Below, piece after piece: positions 45,901 through 51,900 of a stretch of 64,000 nucleotides of DNA; positions within the stretch are counted from its first letter, which is position 1, and each line of letters begins with the position of its first letter. The notes beneath the pieces were generated by a model. That model did no database searches and was not told the DNA's origin. It saw only the letters and a program-made list of their open reading frames with translations. Made by a program: the position numbers and the translations under genes. This stretch comes from Caecitellus pseudoparvulus (taxonomy: Eukaryota > Protista > Bigyra: Bicosoecida): assembly GCA_965644315.1 (NCBI GenBank), contig CBFFRQ010000042.1:186001-250000 (forward strand), in the 5' to 3' direction.

Positions 45901-48900
45901 CCAGCCTGCCCCATAGTGTCCAACTTTGTTTCAGTAGCCACAGACCCCTGGCGGTCTGGGTGAGGGGGTGCGTCGGGCAGGTCGTCACTAGGATCAGCCC
46001 TCATGCGACGCTGAGCAGCACGTAGACACCTAGAGCTTTCCAGGGACCATTGGACTGAAGCAGAAATGTGCAGCAGCCGCTCCGCATGCTCCCCGATCTG
46101 CATGAAGAGCTCGCTGAGGCGGCGAAGTGGGGCCGACAACTCGCTCAAGGCTAGCGGCGAATGCAAGCTGAGCGCGAGAGTCGCAAGCGCTGGGGTCAGG
46201 ACTCGACTCAACATTTGCTGGCGCAGGGCCGAATCCAAGGCGACCATCCCCTTGTGTCTGCTAGCACTGCTTTGGTCAGGCAGCTGGGCAGATGCAGCAC
46301 GCTCCAGCGCCCGTTCCAAAATTCCACACGATGCTACAATTACATGCTTGAAGTAGCACACCGCCGAGGGCTGAAGTGGCTGCAGCGGGACCAAGTTCGA
46401 GGGCCCGTGCCGACGGGACGAGGCTTCCGCAGCGCCGGACGTCAGCATGCGAGACTGCATCGCATGGGACAAGGAGGTCGGCGCCATGGCCAGTCGGTGC
46501 AAGCCGTCCCCTTCGCTAAGCAAGGCCAGCAGGCCGTTGGCAGATAACTTGCCATCCTCCCACAAAGCAGCTTTTGCAATTTCTTCATCCCCAGGCTCGC
46601 AGTCCTCGTCCTCCTTCGAGTCACACACTGCATAGCCAAGCAGCTCGATTTCGTCACCAGGCTCGTAAGCAGTCACTGCGGCGAACAGGCGGTCACCGAC
46701 ATCCAGGTCTGTAAATGCTGGGGGGAGCCACTTGACGTCTTCTGTCGAGTACAGCAACCTAGCGATCGGCGTGCCTTCTTCTGAGCCTGCCGCAGCAGCA
46801 GCAGCAGCAGCAGCCGTCTCTTCGGCTGTAACCTCCGCTTCACTGCCCGGACCCGACTCACCCCGAGGCGACGTATACATGGCGCGGGCAGCGTCTTCCA
46901 TCCTTTCAGCAGCAGAGCGGCCTCCGCGTACGATGCCCCAGCGGACAGCCTTGGTTGTGTAGTTTGCCTCTGCAAACACAACGCTGCCAGTTTTGATGCG
47001 AGGGGAGTAGTTCGCGATCTTTGAATCGCCCGGTGACTGATGGTACGCATCGCCCCTCAGCAGCAAGCCATAGCCGTGCTGGTCGGACCCAAGGTAGTGG
47101 TTGCGGTTGGTCCTGGAACCTCCAAAGCCAAGGAAGGCGTAACCCCTGGAGCAACCAGACTTCACGAAGAACGCGATGGTGACAACGCCGCCTTGGCCAA
47201 CAAATGGCAGAGACTGGTCCGCTGGAGGGGGAGTTGTCATTGGTTGCAGCAGTTGCCGACGGCTGGGAACCACACACCACTTGCTGTCCTTGTCATTCAC
47301 CATTTGGCGGACGGTCACACCGTCGTCATCCACGGTGGCCCTAGGGTCATCACTTGGGGCAGCCATGAGAATCTTTGTCCAGAAAGAAGTGACAGGTTTG
47401 CTTTGAGCGGCAGCAGCACTCTTCCTCTCAGCCGCGTCCTGGGACAGCCACGTGTTTGACACGGTCTGCAGCACTTCTTGGCGGTCGTCAGTCATGCTCG
47501 AGAAGCAACTGTCCAGATTGCGAGACAGGCTCTGCGCGGCGTACGCGTGCAACGCAGACTTGGGGAGCGTGACCTCTGAGCTACTGGACAAAGCCCCTTC
47601 AACTAAGCTTGCCGAAGCAGCGCGGCTAGGGCCACTAGCGCGGAAGGGCGCGAGAGCAGTGATGGGTAGCTCACCCGTGCCAGCGGTTGGTGAATCTTTT
47701 GGCGCTTCAAGAGCCTGTGGTCCGGCTGCCACTTCGACGATTTCTGCACCAGCCCGTTTTGTTGTGCTCTGGGACGGAGGCCTTGCTCTCGAACGTGTCT
47801 GCTCAGAGTATGTTCCATAAGGCGAGTACTTAGAGCCGCCGCTGCCTTCGGGAAGCGCCCGGAAAGGAGAGTGTCCAGTTATCACTTCACCCATGGCCCT
47901 GACGAGGGCAATGGACGGGTGGCTTTGTGTCGCAACGGAAGTGGGCAGTCCCTTACGCCCCCTGCACTTGATGTGAGACAGGTGCTGCATGGACTCCAGC
48001 AGCACGGAGTCTGATGCTGCAGAGCTCTCCTCAGCGTACAACAAGAGCGACCCCAGAAGAACTGGCAAGTGACTGCGCTGCCAGGCAAAAAGCGAGGCTG
48101 CAGCTTTAGCTTGCAGAGTTGCAGCAGAAACCCTGGTGTCGGGTTCCGAAGGAAGGCCAGCTTGCCTCGAGAAATCAAGGTCTGGGACGGGCATCCCGTC
48201 TATGTCTTCACGTGACCCCGAGCCTGGTGCCAGGTGTGCTGCAGCCAAGGCTGCCGGCGCGTGCGTGCAAGCCATGTGTAGACGCTGGTACAGGGCAGCG
48301 AGTCCATGCGGGGAGACTTGGGCTGCAAAATCAGCGGCCGTGGGCAACGCGCCAGATGAGAACAAAATAGACTGCCTCCACGCTTCCACGGAAAGTGGCT
48401 GGCCAGCTGCCTTCAGCAGTTGCTGTGCATCCCTCGCAGTAAAGGAGGCCAGTGCCGGCTTTTCACTTGCCACGACGCTGGCGGAGTCGATCGCCTGTTG
48501 CAGAGCTCGAGACTCAGGGCACGCCTGCAGGGCGGTCAGGATTGCCTCAGCCACTGCTATGGGTGTGATTTGCGACTCACAACCCAAGGAGAGTGAAGCA
48601 ACAACATCTTCGGGGGAAAATGGCAAGCTGGCTGCAGCTGGAAGCGCAGTTAGGCGCAGCTCCTTAGCAACGTCTCCATCGGCTGCAGGCACCTCGGTGG
48701 TGGCTTCCTTGCTCTCCACTGCCGAGGAGGGTGCGGCTTCTTCTTCTTTGCTGTCTGTGCCTGTTGCTTCTTCAGCGCTTTCGGGCGCCTGCTCCTCCTC
48801 AGCTGGCACCGTGGAGCTTGGGATGAGCTGGACAGACGTGATCTGGACAGACACAGAGCCTGTCTCGAGCCCGTTGCCAACAATTCCCAGGAACGGAAAC

Positions 48901-51900
48901 AGCGTGGCCTTGCGGGAGGAAGACGAGTGCACACTGCCCAACAAGGGTACCCGATCCGACGCCTTGGCCGGGAACGCTGCGACGTCTTTCAGAGCGGGGT
49001 TTCGGCAACCAGCCGAGGGTCTGCGGCTGCCTGTTGCAGCAGTGTGCTTTGATGCCGCCCACGGGGCGACAATGCCGCTTGCAGTCATGGACGTGCACGG
49101 AGAGTCCCACAAGGCCTTGCGTGGCGAACTCGGGTGCACCGCGTCAGGTACCAAAGCGCCCACGCTTTTTGGCCCAGACATTGGAGAGTCACCGCTCGTG
49201 CACACCGGCTTTCCGTTCAGGAGGATTGTCATGTACCCCGACGAGTACTGCGCAGACGAGCCTACGTCCATGATCACGGTGATGCTGTCGCCCTCCTTTG
49301 CATACCGCAGTTCTTGTGCCGACGTGAACGTACTCGAAGAGCCCTTGCTCCACACGCTGCCAGGCCCAGGGACGCTGCCCCTGCCGCCGAGGCCTCCTTG
49401 GGACATGCCCAAGAGACCGCCACCATACCCCCCGCCACGCTTGCCGCCGCCTCTGCCAGCACCAGACGTGTCAACCCTGGTACCATTGCCAACCACGACG
49501 CAATGCATAGGGCAGCCATGCTCAAAGAAGTCACGCGAGGCCTTGACTCCGCTCTCTGCGAAGCCCAAGAGCACAGTCGGGCACGAGTCCATGCCTGGGA
49601 CATAACCCATGGCATCCACTTCACTGCCTTCCTTCACAGGGAAGCTAGTAAGCTTGAATGTCACAGCCATTGCACCAGACTTAAGCTCCTCAGTGCCCAA
49701 CGCAAACTGGGTTTGCTTCTCGGCCGAGCTCAAAGCAGCTTCACTGCTCTCCTTTGCAAATGACAGAGCGTCTGACTTATCTTTCCACGTGGCGGCGCCT
49801 GCCACAGCCTTACCGTCAGGCTCGTCGAGTGCAGAGACGGCAGGGAGGCGGAGAGGCACACTCATGCGCTCGGTAGTGGTGGCACCACCAGCAGAAGAGC
49901 CAGACCCAGAGCAAGAGCCACCATCGCCCTCCGAGTCTTGGGAGACTTCAATTGCGCAAGCCGCAGCGGCAGACAAGGCTGACTTGGACTTGAGCGAGCG
50001 AGAAAAGGCCGCCCCGTACGCGGCCCAGCTCTGGTCGCCAAGCGTGTTCAGAAGCAAGTCGATGGCGGGAATCGTGAAGCGGTCCATCCACGAAGTCTCG
50101 TAGCGGTTGAAGCCAGTGCTCCTGAATGCAGTGAGTGATCCAGCGAATGCTGGTTTTCCCTTGCTCCCGTCGCCTGCTGCTCCTGACTCGCAAGATCTCC
50201 ACATGTCAAACTCTGCAGGTACCGATGATGAGCTGCTATCAGGTGAGTACGAATATGCAGCAGGCCCCGATGGGGTGGCCGAGCTTGCTCCGAAAGAGAT
50301 GATCTGAGAGGTGCGACCCGAATCATCTGTCGAGCTACTAGACCAAGCTGACCCAAGCCCAACATCAGTGGGTGCCACAAGTGACAGCAAAGCTGACAGC
50401 CCGGACAGCCTCCCCTCCCATGCTGATGGAGTCACTGACGTGCCCAACGGGACGGATGCAAGGGAGGGCAGAACGGCACCAATGCGACCGACCAAGTTTG
50501 ACCACGCCGCCTGGGGAGATACTCTTCCCACCTTGTTGGGCTCGGACCGTACGCCTGTCGCCAGCAGCATCGGCGAGGAGGCCGGCGCCTCGGCGATTGC
50601 CGCCTGCAGCTGGGCTGATACTGCCTTTGATGAGCCTTCAGCGAGATGAGAAAAGCCAAACGCAGCCTGGATCTCCACCCCGCGTCGGGCCATGCGCACT
50701 GCTGGACCTGACAGCGTGCCTGACATGAAACGCATGAGCATGTGCAACAAGTAGAAGGCTCCTGGACCACGTGCCAAAGCCTGGGGGGAGGAATTGTCAA
50801 CTTCAAATAGAGTCGGAGAGACAATTGCCTCACGGTGCGACACAACGCCTGCACCAAGCTCTCCCACCAGGGACTGCACAATCGCGGCATGTTCTGCTTT
50901 GTCCGCAGATTGCTCGCCTTTGCAACTATCCGCCACAGTCTGCACGATGCTCTCCAAAGCCTCTGGTACCCAAGGCAAATGCGGGGGGGGCTTGCCCTCT
51001 TCCAGCAGAGCCATCAGCAAAGAAGAAACGTCAACCGGCGAAGGAAGCCAAATGAGAACGTCGTCGACAATGACTGAAGCTGCAGTGTCTCGTGCAGTTC
51101 GTAGAAGAACAGCAAACAGGTCCGCTTCTACGTCCGACAACGCTGCGGACAGGGGTGGCACACTCTCGCCCATAATGGCAGCTGCTTGGACCTTGTGGAT
51201 GTTGGCTGCAAGGCTGACATTCAAGGCGTGGCTGCTACCTCCGAGACCTAGGCTTGCTTCTTCCGCTGTCAGACGAGTTGCACTGGCGAGTGTGTGCACA
51301 GTGCTCACCAGGGCGGGCAACACTGCCGTTTGGACCAGGGAAGGGGGGATGATGGCATCCAAGCCAGCGCCACCAAAGTACGCAGAGATGTCTGCCTGTG
51401 TGGCGCCTGCAGCCGCCGCTGAAGCCAGCACCATGTGCTTCGCAACAGCCGTCGTCTCTCGCAGCAGGCGCGTCGCGGTGAGCACAAGGAAGGCACCCAA
51501 GACCGCTGTAGGGGTTGCCATCTGCTGAGCAGACAGCGCCGGGACCAACAGCTCAGAGAGAGCCAAGCGAAGGAGGCCAGAAAGCAACGCAAACGTCCTG
51601 GGGGTGGGGTCGTGGATGAAGGCGTGAGGTGGTGGGGGCGCGCCCAGCGCAACGCCAGCCCCAGCAGCCTCAGACATGACTGCCATGGAGTGCTCGTCGA
51701 GCAGTCTCAACAGCGTCCCTGCCACTTGCGCCAGCAGGGTCGCGCCCGAGGTGGCCTCGACATCAGCAGCGGGAGGTGCAAAGCTAGGAGCATGCAGCAG
51801 CGCTGCGCCCATGAAGGGCGGCGCCATCCCTGCCAGAAGTGGGGCCTGCCCAGCAACGTCAGGCACATCGGAACCCTCTGCCTTGGACTCAGCAGGTTCG

